From assembly GCF_009914755.1 (NCBI RefSeq), contig NC_060932.1: a DNA stretch of 64,000 bases; one strand, 5' to 3'. Source of the DNA: the human T2T-CHM13v2.0 reference genome, Homo sapiens. Shown one piece after another: positions 18,901-55,210 of the stretch (the stretch's first letter is position 1; every line of letters begins with the position of its first letter). The translations under genes were made by a program, and so were the position numbers. Below the pieces are notes generated by a model. That model searched no databases. It had not been told where the DNA came from and saw nothing but the letters and a program-made list of their open reading frames with translations.

Positions 18901-19646
18901 GTTTGTATAAAAAAAATATGTATCTTTCTGTCAAGTGTTGATTCCCTAGCTTCGTCCAATGGTGCTATTACTTTAACATCACCATTTATTTATAATCTTT
19001 AAGGAGCTCTTATTCTTTTATGTTCTTTTAGCATTCTGTTCATATTTCATGTCTGTAACATCTCAAATCCCACTATGTTGGGTCGCACTGGGGTTAGTTT
19101 TTCTATTTATCTTGGCCTTTTTTCTTTCATGCTTCTGGTTCACCTCATTCGTCTGGTGGTCCTTGGATATCCATTTATATTTTGGGAGGTTGCTAGTGTT
19201 GCGTTTCCTTTGCTTTTGTGAAAGCAGGCCTGTTTTACTGCCAGTTCTCTTCTCCTAGTGGGGATTCTTAGTGGGACCTTCTTGTGGGAGTGGGTATATT
19301 ATGAAACTTCATTTAAAGGTAAGAGTATAGGGAGCTAATTGTTAGGCTCATGGTTCTCTAAATGCTTTTCTTTGGGGATTGATGTAAGCACTCCAAGCCC
19401 TAGTCCTCACCATACAGTTTTTTCAATTTTCTTAAGAAAACCCCCACCCCCGGCCCCTGTGTAAATGTTTACTGCTTTTGTCCTCTATGCACAGGAGTGG
19501 ATATGGGAGTGAGATCTTTTCTCTATATAGGCCCTCAATTAATCATCATTTCTAGTCCGATTTCACACTAATTCTAGGCCCAAAGCCCCCCTATTGGATT
19601 TTGCTAGACTTGCTCCCATCTCTTCTGAGGCCCCTTAGTGGTATAA

Positions 19647-21720
<2,074 letters not shown>

Positions 21721-21799
21721 ACAACTAAGAATTATGGTTTTAAGTTGGTAAAATAAAGATCTTCTACCCCCTTCTCTTAAAAAAAAAAAAACAAAACCA

Positions 21800-24400
<2,601 letters not shown>

Positions 24401-25295
24401 ATTTGTTCATATCTGTTAGTACTACTTGACTTTTTAATCTCTATGCATATATTCCCTTGCATATTAATTAATTTTAAAGTTAATTAAACCATTAATTTAA
24501 ATATGAAAGCATCTTAGACATTTAAACTCTGAACTCTAGAGCAAATACATAATTCCATGATTCTATTTCCCTAGGTTTTAGTCAAAAATAATGCAATTGG
24601 AAACATAATAATTTTAAGGGTATGAGACAATGAAGAAGGACAGAAACTCCTATACTATTTTGCAACTGATTTAATAGGCTACACTGACATCCTGTGAAAA
24701 GTCACTGGTAGAAGCTCTTACATATGTGACAAAACCAACCCAGAGACCTAGCTGTGCTAGCTGACTGTACTGAGTGTGTGAAGTTTAGTGTGGTACAACA
24801 GCAGAAAGATCACAGAGTGAGAAGCCAGAGGACATGGGTTCTCATACTTGGAGAAACTCTATACCTGTTTCCTAATTTCTTTGAGCCTCGGTTTCTTTGA
24901 CTGCAGAGATGTATGACTGTCACAGAATAAACCGTTCGTCCATAGTCAGATATGACGTGTATATGTATACATAATGCTGTGAACACATGTTTTCAAGGGA
25001 TCAAATGACCTGAGAATAAACTGGATTACCAGAGAAAGCCAGCTGCAGATCTCAACACAAAATTGTTTTCCATTATTAGAACATAATGTAGTAGTCTATA
25101 ACTTTCGAGCTTTAACTTTTAATAGTAATGTACTGTTTAATTTCTTAATAAATAATTACTGAAATTCCCAGCAAAGATCAATGCAAACACACACAAACTT
25201 TAATGAAAATAAATCTTCATCAGCAATTCACTGTAAGACAATTTAAGAAATCTGCTTAAATAAAAGTTAAAAACCAAAGCAACCTAAGAACGTAC

Positions 25296-25372
25296 CAACC
25301 ATTAAATCCTATATAAAGATCCAAGTCAATCAAAGCAGCTGCTGCTTCCTTGGTACCATCAAATGAATGCAC
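25296..25372 (-). CDS. TATDN1: TATDN1 coding exon 9 ([25 protein letters not shown])
   Basis: CAG / GTACGT; 77 nt; conserved HSF metal-ligand motif. Confidence 0.95.
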
Positions 25373-25765
25373 CTGGGGACATACAGGTATAAGTTTATTA
25401 TTATAATAATTACTCTTTAAAATTCTAAGTGACATTAATAAGACTTTGTAGGCAAAAATATAGATCCCTGTAAGTTTTTGGACCTCAGGGTTTCAAAGGT
25501 GGTAGTCGCTATAATTTTTATTTTCATATTATTTTTCACAATTACAACCTGTCATCATCTCCAGTGACATGATGCAAAACGTTAGCTGCCGAGAATTTCT
25601 CTCTTTAGAGTGGCAGTGTTGCTGTCTCTGCACTAGCATTAGTGCAGAAGCTCCAGGAAGGGGTTTAGGAATAGATATATTCTTAGGCAAAAACATGAGG
25701 AAAGCTTAGTAATTTTATGGCACTATTTAAAAGAATTTTTAAAATACTGATGAATTTTCTGTTAG

Positions 25766-26577
<812 letters not shown>

Positions 26578-27067
26578 GCATAAACCATTATATAATCAAT
26601 AATATCAGCTTAGCAAGCAGAAGGGATTGAGATGCTATTTCTCTCCTTCAAAGATATAGGGGTCAAGACATAGTTTTCATAGTTTGGATGTATTTATATA
26701 ATCAAAAACAACATATAACAACAGCCCTCCTTTAAAAAGTAGGGTCACCTAAACAAGTGACATCACATTACTACTGAGTCCAGAGAGCCTGAATACACTA
26801 TGGATAACATATTTCTCAACAATAAAGAAGCCTGCATTACACAGCTGCCTGCATTATTCTTTCCTTCACCATTTCCAGCTGACTAGAAAAGATGCCCTCC
26901 ATTAATATCGAAATCATTTTAAAAGTGACTCCTCATAAACCATTTCAGAAAACTAGTTATTAATTATTTGGCAATTTCTTTTTTGGTAAAAGTCAAACAT
27001 TTAGGTTGGATTTGTTGTTGCTTTTGTTAATTTTAAAAACTATTAATAGAACCCAAGTAAATTCTTA

Positions 27068-28937
<1,870 letters not shown>

Positions 28938-29132
28938 TTATGCCACACCTGGTCCATAAATTCAACAGTAAATTTACATGTCTTTCAAAGGATGGGAAAA
29001 GAAGCTCCTAATTCTATTGAATTCTATCTAATTCCTATGTTTTTCTTTGTTATTCCTTTTTAAAAAAAATTTAAATGTTGACATCTGAATTAGGGGCCAT
29101 CCTTAATAACCAAGATGCTTTGTGTGTCACAT

Positions 29133-29473
29133 AAATGTTAAGTATCCCTTATCCCAAGTGTGTGGGACCAAAAGTGTTTCATATTTCAGATTTTTTCAGA
29201 TTTTGGAATATCTGCATATACATAAAAAGAAATCTTTGGGAAGGGACTCAAGTCTAAACATGAAATTCATTTATGTTTCACATACACCTTATACCACACC
29301 CTGAAGGTAAATATTTTAAATAATTTTGTGCGTGAAACAAAATTTGTGTACAATGAATAATCAGAAAGCAAAGGTGTCATTATCTCATGCCAGTGCTTAA
29401 AAAGGTTCAGATTTTGGAGCATTTTGTACTTGGGAGTATTTTGGATTTTTGGATTAGAGATGTTCAACCTGTA
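29133..29473. mobile_element. Tigger4/MER46-like TcMar-Tigger fossil
   Basis: Inverted ends ...aagtatcccttatcc / ggattagagatgttcaacctgta with terminal TA. Confidence 0.7.
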
Positions 29474-29498
29474 TTAAAAATGACTATTTTATACTTAC

Positions 29499-29539
29499 CA
29501 CTCCCCCTACACACCGATCTCTATTTCTTTTCATTATGT
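29499..29539 (-). CDS. TATDN1: TATDN1 coding exon 8 ([14 protein letters not shown])
   Basis: CAG / GTAAGT; 41 nt. Confidence 0.93.
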
Positions 29540-29601
29540 CTGTGAATTAAAAACAAAGAACTTTTAGCAAATAGCTTGATTTCTACAAAATTCTTAAGTT
29601 C
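29540..29601 (-). ncRNA. MIR6844: MIR6844 precursor, 5'-tailed mirtron in TATDN1 intron 7
   Basis: 29560-29540 reads UUCUUUGUUUUUAAUUCACAG, which I recall as mature hsa-miR-6844; it ends exactly at the 3' splice site of an 88-nt intron. Confidence 0.8.
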
Positions 29602-29627
29602 TGAATGAGACTTTGGTTTTAACTCAC

Positions 29628-29713
29628 CCAAAAATTCAGCATGTGAGTTTCGACAATGAAGAAACATTGGTAATTTTGTTTGTTCTGACAGTTCAAACTG
29701 TTTTTCAAAATAT
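29628..29713 (-). CDS. TATDN1: TATDN1 coding exon 7 ([28 protein letters not shown])
   Basis: CAG / GTGAGT; 86 nt; LHCR motif. Confidence 0.95.
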
Positions 29714-30781
29714 CTGCATAATGCAAAAAAAAAAAATTCTCATTACAAATTGTATTTTAGCATGAGGAAGGTAATGATGTCAAAAGAGCTTTTAAATTAA
29801 AGGTATTTAATTCTCTAGAAATTACAGGACAAAAATCATGAATATTTAAAGCACATCAGGCTTATCAAAGGGCTTTTATAACTTACAACTTCTGGAAAGA
29901 AATACTTCATTTTCTGGGCTTACAAAATTATCTGGGCCCTTTAATTTTCAGAAAGTAACACCACTGGCCCCTTGCCACTGGGAGCACCATCAGTGGGAGT
30001 CAACTCACCAAGCGAGAAGCCCAGGAGAGCTTCATACTGCATGCTAATCTATTCCATTTTGCAACCAGTTTTTTATGTGCTGTTATAAAAGAAGTTATTG
30101 CCACTGGGCAAAATGAACAAGGTTTCCCTCAAAAATGAAATCTAAGTATTTGCTAAACAGCAAATAACTCAATTATGCTATTAAAAAAAGAAAATTACAT
30201 GATAAAGTGGTAGCCCTGAATATCTTAAAGAGTACTTGATAAGAAGGTTTTTCCAAGTACCAGATACCATTGTCTCATTTGATCCTCAAAATAACCTGAG
30301 TATAAAAGCTGGTGTCAGAGAGGTGTAGTACTTTGTCCAAGATAACAATACCTGGCATGGCCAACTTGGAACAGAACTTCACTGCTCTAATTCCAAGTCC
30401 CAGCCTAAACGACAAAAACCTGTTACGTTTTCAAGAAGCTTCCTTCTGGTCCCGGAGTATAATGACAATATTCAGAGGATACAACGAATGTTCATTCTGT
30501 TTGTCTTTTCACTTCAACACAGTGCTCCCCCTTGTTCTCACAAATGGTAGGTTCAACTGAATCAGGATAACAGGTGGCTTATTATTTTCTTAAATGTGCT
30601 TACCTCTTCTAAGCACTTTAATTTGGGGAAACAATTTCTCTGTTTAACTTAAGCCTCTCTTGCTATATTTTTCTATATCATATTTCCTGATGTGCAGGAC
30701 TATTTTACCCCCTTTGCTCTCTTGAAAATGCTAAATTTTAAAATTAGAAATAGAAATGTACTTCTTAAGAAGCAGTCTTCA

Positions 30782-34247
<3,466 letters not shown>

Positions 34248-35992
34248 TAACCAAGTCATTTGATGTTTTATTATTAAAATTTTAAAAATCTCAAGTAGAA
34301 CTGCCTATCTTATCAAAATTTCCTCCTACTTTGTCATTAGCTTATCCACTCTGGAAGAAGCCAGTGTCATATGCTGTCACCTTAGAGCATCCCCCAGAAA
34401 GTCAGTCCTTCCCTCTGCTGTTCACATACTTTAGTAAGCACTTCCAACCTATTTTAATTATTTATGTCCTCTCTTGGAAAAAGTCTTATTCTTCTTTGTA
34501 TCATGCTGAGGAGGCACTTGGTAATCATTTACTGAATGTAGTTTGAACCTCTCTATTAGCAATTAACGCTTGGCATGTGAGTTCAAGCACAAGCTGTGAT
34601 ATGCATATTCTAAGATCAGACGCTATTCTGATGATGGTGAAGAATCTTCAGAACAGTTAAATTAAACTGATACTGTCAATGTTTTCGATTAATCCCAAAA
34701 GTGAGTTTAAAGTATTGAGGTTGCATTTTAGAATCAGTTCTAACTCATTTTGGATGAAAAGTCATATGGGCAAAAAAACACGGGGACTCTGCCATTGCCC
34801 TTGCTTGTCATAACACAGTCTATTAGACTTACAAGGCTTATCCTGACCAAAACCAGACATGAAAGTTGAGGAATATGATATCTGGGCTTAACCTAAAGAA
34901 CTATTAAAGAGAACTGTTTTTCTATTTCAATGTGAACACGAGAACTTTTAAGGTTAAGTGAGCTGGCCTACATAATATTCGACAGAGGTATAGGGCTTCA
35001 GTAACCCTGCTAGTAACCACATGAATGTCCCTGAAAGGCACAGCAAATCAGCAAATAATATACCACAAACTAAACAGTTCTACAAGGGATGTACAAATGA
35101 GCGACCTAAAAGAGAGAGTAGGTATCCACAGAGCATTACGTTAACCCATCCTATTCTACTTGGTTATAGATCTTCACACTTCAGAACTTTGGAGCTTGAG
35201 GTCTAGGGTATGACAGACTCCACTAGCAGATCTGCTCCTCCCCAAAGTGATTTTCAACCAGGGGGTACATATCAGAATCCCATTTGTGGGGAGCAGGGAG
35301 GGAAGCGGGAGGAAGTACACTTTCCTCATGCGTAATTTAAAAAAATCCCTTCAGGCCATCAAGTCACTGGCTTAATCATATGATCATATCACCATATGAC
35401 AAAATTATTAATTGTTAAACATTATGATATAGCTGGATGGTATCTTAAGAGAGAATCTGATCCTAATTCTTCTTTGTGTATAAGAAACTAAGGAGGACAG
35501 AGGATTGTTTATTCTTAAAGGTCTCTAGGGACAGATATTCTACCTTATTCATATTTCTGCATACTATGAGCTCTCAGCAGTGGCTGGCACACAGTACTCC
35601 ATAAATATTTGTTCAATGGATGAATAAATTAACCCCCTTTAGAAGCTCAGTCTAATGTTTTATCATTTTCATAATTAAGATGTTTTTGAAATTCAACAAA
35701 ATGCTTACGTTTTAAATTCAGACTGTGACCTAAATTTTCTTTTCAATCTATAACACTCACCCACCAGTATGATGACAGGAGCTCCAAATTTAGCTCCAGG
35801 CAATGGGTTACAGGAAGTCCTGCAGGGTCGTGAGCTTTGGAGTTTTCTCAGAAGCCACCATTCAACATGGCTCCTATTAAAGGAATCTCACAGTTCCAAA
35901 CTAGCAATATTCAATGCCCAGCAAGAGTAAAATAAGCTTTTCTAGCTTTGGTGATTGATCCTATAATACTTTTGTGGGTTTTTTCTTGCTGG

Positions 35993-36424
<432 letters not shown>

Positions 36425-36773
36425 ATCACATTCCCCAAAATAATTTAATTCATTCCATTGGAACTGTTCACGTATGAATGCGTCTGTTAAACAAGCAAAC
36501 AGAAAATGTAAAATCTCTATCATGTAAAACTCATCCCTAATTTCTACCATTACAATAAAATTAAATGGTTAATCAACCAGGGAACTATGTGCTTCCATCC
36601 CTTATGAATTACATGCAAGTATGCATGGAATTTGTTTCACTTACTTTTGATATACAAAGGGAAAAACAAAAATATCCTCATGCTTAATCCAACTATACTC
36701 TCACCTGATACAAGATATTTTAAAAATCACTCATGATTTTACAATAATTTGTAAAGCCAACAAATTTCCTTAC

Positions 36774-36816
36774 TTGAGTTGAGTATCTTTGGGACAAAAC
36801 TGCAGTCGGTCAAAAT
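36774..36816 (-). CDS. TATDN1: TATDN1 coding exon 6 (DFDRLQFCPKDTQL)
   Basis: AAG / GTAAG; 43 nt; preceded by a 98-nt intron. Confidence 0.93.
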
Positions 36817-36914
36817 CTTTAAAAAGATAAAGAAGAATAATTACTCCTAACTTATACAGAACAAATTACTTATTTTCAAACAATGTCACTCTAAGAGGCG
36901 AGGCTGGCACTCAC

Positions 36915-37058
36915 CAAGTCCGCATTCTCCTATTGCCACAACTTTCCCTTTATTGTTTTCAGCAAGATTTAGCAACTCCTTTAAGTAAAGATCAGGGTTA
37001 TTCTTTTCAAATTCACCACATCTTGTAGGATGACATCCAACTGTACTGAAAAACATAC
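36915..37058 (-). CDS. TATDN1: TATDN1 coding exon 5 ([11 protein letters not shown]...VAIGECGL)
   Basis: TAG / GTGAGT; 144 nt; GCHP and AIGECGL motifs inside ORF 36886..37092. Confidence 0.97.
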
Positions 37059-37331
37059 CTAACAGAAAATAATGTCTTAGGATTATTTTCAAAGTATTTT
37101 CTCATATTTATATTTATTATGATATTTAGAGGATATCAAGTAATTTCAACTGGTTTTCAACAATGGCAATAAATTACTCAAATTATAAGAACTGCATTAT
37201 GTTAATCATATGACAATTTTTAGAATACCTAAACAAAGTAGGAGATGAATATGAAAATTGCTTTAATGTATTAATAAAATAATTCAACTTTTTCTAAAGC
37301 TTGGCATTTAGGGCTGTAGAATGCAAAGTGA

Positions 37332-39598
<2,267 letters not shown>

Positions 39599-39842
39599 TT
39601 ATTCTCATTAGCTGAAATCTTAAAATAATCTTCATTGAGCAGTATGAAACAGTTTTATAAACATCTGATATACCAATGAGTACTTTGAATTTTGTCATCT
39701 TAATCATGTCCCATTTAAATCAGTCCATTTTCCTATTGTTTCCAGTCATGATCCATTGTATTGTACCTGAAGCAGTTTTCAGAAAGACTTCTTCAAAATT
39801 ACTTAATTCATTTTTTTTTTGGTAAAAGAAATATGAGGATAC

Positions 39843-39906
39843 CATTTGTTTGTGCCAAATGCAGTGCATCTTTACTGTCTTGTAGATTTCCACCTGTAAT
39901 CATAAA
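39843..39906 (-). CDS. TATDN1: TATDN1 coding exon 4 ([21 protein letters not shown])
   Basis: CAG / GTATCC; 64 nt. Confidence 0.93.
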
Positions 39907-40266
39907 CTGAAATAGAAAGAAAATAAAATAAGCTGACTTTAATAGGGCAGCAATAACAGTTTCCTAAACATGCCTTCCTACCACTTCCTTATTCCAGAAT
40001 GCTCTTTCCTCTGTGACTGCCACACACCTACCCTTTAAAATTCAGCTGGGAGATTACCTCCTATGCAGAGTAGTGCCTGACTACACCTCAGGGATGTATG
40101 TATGTGTGTGTGCATGTAGAGGTGCAGAATTCATCACTAGACTCTGTTAAAATGTATTTATATACCCACCTTTCCTATTAGACAATGCATTCCTTGAGGA
40201 CAGAGATCAGGTGTTATGAAAGTGTGAATAACGAAATCAATGATTCAATAGTGTTGATTGATTCAA

Positions 40267-40736
40267 CAGTTCTCCAGGTGTAGTCTGGTAACTCCCAGTA
40301 GGTATGTGAAGTCAAAACTATTTTCCTAACAATAATAAGACACTTTCTGTCTTTTTCACTCTCACTCTACTGCAAGTGTCCACAAGGTATTCAAGAAGCT
40401 ACACGATGTTTGACACCACCAGAGACTGACTACAGAAAAAGATATGAAAATTCAGCAGGCTTCTAGTAACACAGTCATTAGAGATTTGAAAAAACATACA
40501 ACTGTACTCATGTTGCTAATTTTTTTGTTCTGGAATATACTTATTTTTCATAAAAATATGCTATTTATGTTATCCAGTAGTTTCTTATTTTAAAAGGAAT
40601 ATTTAAAATATTTTGTTTTAATTTTTAATATAGTATGTATCAGTAGGTAAGACTCACACAAACAAAAGCTCTTTGGGGGTCCTCAATAATAAAGAATGTG
40701 AAGTGGTTTTGAGAGCAAAAGGTTTGAGAATCAGTG
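40267..40736. mobile_element. hAT-Charlie non-autonomous fossil (MER119-like)
   Basis: cagttctc... / ...tttgagaatcagtg ends; internal gtcaaaactattttc and aaagctctttgggggtcctcaataat; family from recall. Confidence 0.55.
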
Positions 40737-41112
40737 AGTTAATGCATGCTAATGAATTCTCTGTAGGAAAACGTATGGCTTTTGGCAAATAAGCATACTT
40801 CTGCATAGACCCATTAGAGTCCGCTCAGTAATTAGAATGCCATCTTTCCTAATCTGTTAAAATGAAAATGTCACTAAAGAGTTATGTGTTGATAGTGAGA
40901 GCACTGAAGCAGTGCTGCGTAAGGGGCGCCTTCTTCTGAAGACGTGATTCAAGTATAATGATGTATATTTTTGTAAAGCATACTTCAAAAGTCTCACTAA
41001 AATGAATTCATTCTAGGTACAACTTAGGGAGAAAACACAAAACGAAGGTAGAATTGCAAATGATAAATAGATATTTTCATATAGCTATTTAAATCTTTAA
41101 TATGATTAGCTA

Positions 41113-43878
<2,766 letters not shown>

Positions 43879-43960
43879 TGAATTATGCTTTTCAAGATCT
43901 CCTGAGGCAGAAAATTTGTCTTCATAGGAAACTATTCGCCTTAATAAAGGAAATATTTAC

Positions 43961-44026
43961 CTTGATGCTTTTGAACCCCCCTATAAATTCCTCTGAACAT
44001 AGGGTCAGTCAAGTTGATACCAATAT
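43961..44026 (-). CDS. TATDN1: TATDN1 coding exon 2 ([22 protein letters not shown])
   Basis: CAG / GTAAAT; 66 nt. Confidence 0.95.
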
Positions 44027-44521
44027 CTGTAGAAAGCAAAAGTCACTGATTAATTATTGAGTCTCTACATGAAACTTGTACTTAAATAAAAAGCTTCTGT
44101 TACTAAACTTTTTGTTCACACACTCATCTACTCAAACAATATCCAAGTGCCTACCACTTGTCAACTACTGTGCTAGAAACATGGGATACAAAGATGAATA
44201 GGATATAATTCCTGCTTTCAAGAAACTCACCGCAGAACTGGTAAGGCAGATCCATTATCAGACAATTATGAAATATTAGAAGTAAACACTGGTACTATGG
44301 GACACAGAAGAGGAACACCCAACCTAGTCTGGTGGCTGGCTCAGAAGAGGCTTCCAGAAAGAAGTCATCATTGAACTGAATCTTAAAGGATGAGTGACTG
44401 TTATCCAGTGGAAGAGAGGTAACTGCACAAAGAGGAAGCAGCGGGAGCAAAGCCTTCAAGATGGGAAAGAGCACAGTGCTTGTAAAGAGCTACAGGCTGT
44501 TCTGGCTGCTGGAGAGAAGAA

Positions 44522-44834
44522 CAATTGGCCCTCTGTATCTCTGGGATCTGGATCTGCAGATTCAGCCAACCACAGGTCGATTGAAAATATTAGAAAATAA
44601 AAATAACAACACAACAATAAAAAATAATATAAATAAAAGCACAGTAAGGTATAAAAACCATTTACATAGCATTTACATCAAATTAGGTATTTTAAGTAAT
44701 CTAGACATGATTTAAAGCATACATGAGGATATGCACAGGTTACAGGCAAACACCAAGCCATTTTATGTAAGGGTTTTGGTATCTGCAGGAGGTTCTGGAA
44801 CCAGTCTCCTGCCGATACTGAGGGAAGACAGTGT
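44522..44834 (-). mobile_element. MER2 (TcMar-Tigger) fossil inserted in an L2 remnant
   Basis: tttacatagcatttacat..taggtatt..aagtaatctaga..tgatttaaag and ends caattggccctctgtatc / gatactgagggaagacagtg. Confidence 0.75.
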
Positions 44835-45636
44835 AAGGAAGGGAGAGGTCAGAAGACACCAGACTCAGTTATGGTACAGACACTTGTTTTTAAAATACTG
44901 GATGCAACAGAAAGCTCTGTTCTGCTGTAGAATATAAGGGAACATGGGGAACAACAAGATATGAAGTCAGACTGTGACTGGTCACAGGCAAGAAAAAAAA
45001 ATGCCTCCCTTATTGAAAATACACATAATTTAGCTTTTAGCAGGAGGAGAATCTCAAAATTTGCGGTGGTGGTAGGCAGCTGATTACCAACAGACTCCCT
45101 ACATTATTTCTGCCAAGTTTCAGCTTCTTGGTATGTTCTCATTCTAATTTCTGCCAAGTTGGTCCCCAGGAGTGTCTGCTCCACCAATAAGACACACCTT
45201 GAAAGTGAATGGGAGTTTAGAAAATTTAAGAGACAGTGAAGAGAGTATTCCAGGCATTTGAAACAATAGGGGAAAAAGTAAAATGCAGAAAACTACAAAG
45301 ATATTTGGGCACTAACATGTCAACAAAGATGGGTGGGATGTGGTACCCTTTAAAAGGGCTATTAACATATAAACATCATCTAATACTATACATACAATAT
45401 AGAAGTTTGGTGGAATGGCCCAATCCAAAGAATTACTATCTAGTTTCTTTATAAGTAAGTACAGGAAATTAGATAAATGGGGCAGACTGAGAAAGGAAAC
45501 CCAGGGAAGAGGGGAGAGGCCTTTCTGCCTAAAATAATCCTTCAGAGAGGTTTAGTCTAGGGTCACCGATCATCACTGATCATTAGGAAAACAGAAATGG
45601 TCTGTATCTCTTCTAGACCATTTCCCCTTTGTGCAG

Positions 45637-45900
45637 TGTTAAGCAAACAATTATTCATAACACTTGTCAAAGACTCTGAGGAAGCCTTTATTCAAGAGAG
45701 ACTACTGACAGAAGGGAAGGTTTTGCAGAAGGGGGAGGGACTGGGCTCAATTTTGAATACAAGGACAAGTGAGGATTTATTGCCACCAAGTAGAATGGGG
45801 ATCAACAGATGAAAAATTACTAAGAGGAAACATCAAAGGTGAGGGAAGATTCTGGGTTTACTCAACTTGATGGATTTTTGCTGAAGGCAGGCCAGAGTGT
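45637..45900 (-). mobile_element. MER31-like LTR fragment
   Basis: aaaattactaagaggaaacatc and ttttgctgaaggcaggcca blocks recalled from MER31; boundaries approximate. Confidence 0.5.
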
Positions 45901-46128
45901 CAGGATATTCTGCTTGAGGATTTGAGATCTGGGATGGGGGAAATGAGGGATGAGAAAGGTCTATAGGTCCTGGCTGATGAGGAAAGCAGGTCCTACGTCC
46001 CAGTATAGTCTCTGGGTTTATCTGGGCAGACAGAAATGCAGGAAGACTCCTTCAAAAGTCCCTTGACCCAAGTGCAGTGAGAAGCACTTAAAGGCCATGC
46101 AGATGTAGACAGTGGTAATCACAGCTGA

Positions 46129-46549
<421 letters not shown>

Positions 46550-46924
46550 TGAGCCTCAGTTTTCTCACTAGTAGGGTGGACATAAACTTTCTCCTTCCAG
46601 CAACAAAATGTGGCTCAAAACCAAAAACAAATATGAAAGCATTTTGCAAATTAAAAGTCTTATTAGCATGTAATTATTGGGAACACTGTTATTACAAACA
46701 CTGTAACATGCCAACAACAAATGGAATTTGAATCAGCTTTAGCCATACTGTCATACCACCTTAAGTGGTTAAGGCTCCCGATCCAAGAATGCATTATCAA
46801 ATAGCCAAATGTGAGTCAATATGTTTTGAACATTAAGACTCATGATGTAATCATGAAAACAAAGCCACTCAAAATCCTATTTATTTAATTTGTTCAAAAT
46901 GTTCTTATCTATGTTAAGGGATAG

Positions 46925-47361
46925 TGAGAAACAAAAACCTTGGATCTGAGAAATGCAAGCACCTTTAAATGATCAGGCCCAGAAAGGCATTTAAAATGTT
47001 CACAGCAGTCCAAGCTCACTCCCCTTTGAGCTACATAATTACTTCTTGAAGCCGCTTGCTATGTGGGCTCTAGACTGACGCCAAGTGGCCCTAAAATGCC
47101 ATACACCCTATAGTTCAACAATACATAGCCAATCACTAACCAATGTTATTTCTGTAAACCAATGAGAATCCCTGATTAACCATTTTTGTAACCGCGCCCC
47201 ACCTTTTGATTTGTCCTTTAAAAATTTGAGCCTCTCTTTTGTTCTCTGGAGCACTCCCCAAGGCAACTTGGAAGTGTGTCCTGGGCTGCAGTCCTCAACT
47301 GTTGTGCTTGAATAAACTCTGTAAACTAGATTCTGACCTTTTTGGTTATTTGAGGTTGACA
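46925..47361 (+). mobile_element. Solo ERV1-class LTR (437 bp)
   Basis: TG...CA termini, perfect 4-bp TSD ATAG (46921-46924, 47362-47365), three CCAAT boxes, AATAAA at 47311-47316. Confidence 0.8.
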
Positions 47362-48014
47362 ATAGTATCTTTTAAATTAAAAGTCTCTATTAGACATAAG
47401 CCTATTGGCATGTAAACTCAAACAAACTAGACAAATACTGTATGAAAACCAATGTCTAGCCAGATCCAGCTAAAGATAGTAAGTAGCTTGAAAAGCTAAG
47501 AAAGTAAGAGATACGGGTGGGAGGGAATGATAGGAAGAAAAACAAGGCAAAGTGGAAAATTGCTACTTCTCATTAGGGGAGAAAACTGAAGGATTCATAC
47601 ATTCAGTAGCATGTCACCCTATATAGATCAGTAATGTTTCTTTTTCATTAATTTTCTTCAAATAGCTGGCTTGAAAAGCAGCACCTACTTTATTATTTAA
47701 GAGTTCTTCAAATATTGACTTTTCGTTTTCAAAACAAAGTAAGAGTAGAAAACGGCACTGTTTGTAACCAGGAGAAAACCACAACTCTTAAGTTGAAGCC
47801 TCAGTTATTGGGCTCACTGAATCGTGTCACATCACTGTCACCTATGATCTAGGAATACAAAGGGACAGCAAATAAGGCACAATTTGTTTTTTAGATATTG
47901 CTAGTCTTTAGATATAACCCCGAGTTTATAGCAAATACGGGGGATTAGAGAACAAGCTCAATGACACTACTATTTAGCAAACAGACAAAGCCAGGAGACA
48001 GACTTTCTGTAGGG

Positions 48015-55204
<7,190 letters not shown>

Positions 55205-55210
55205 CTAGAG

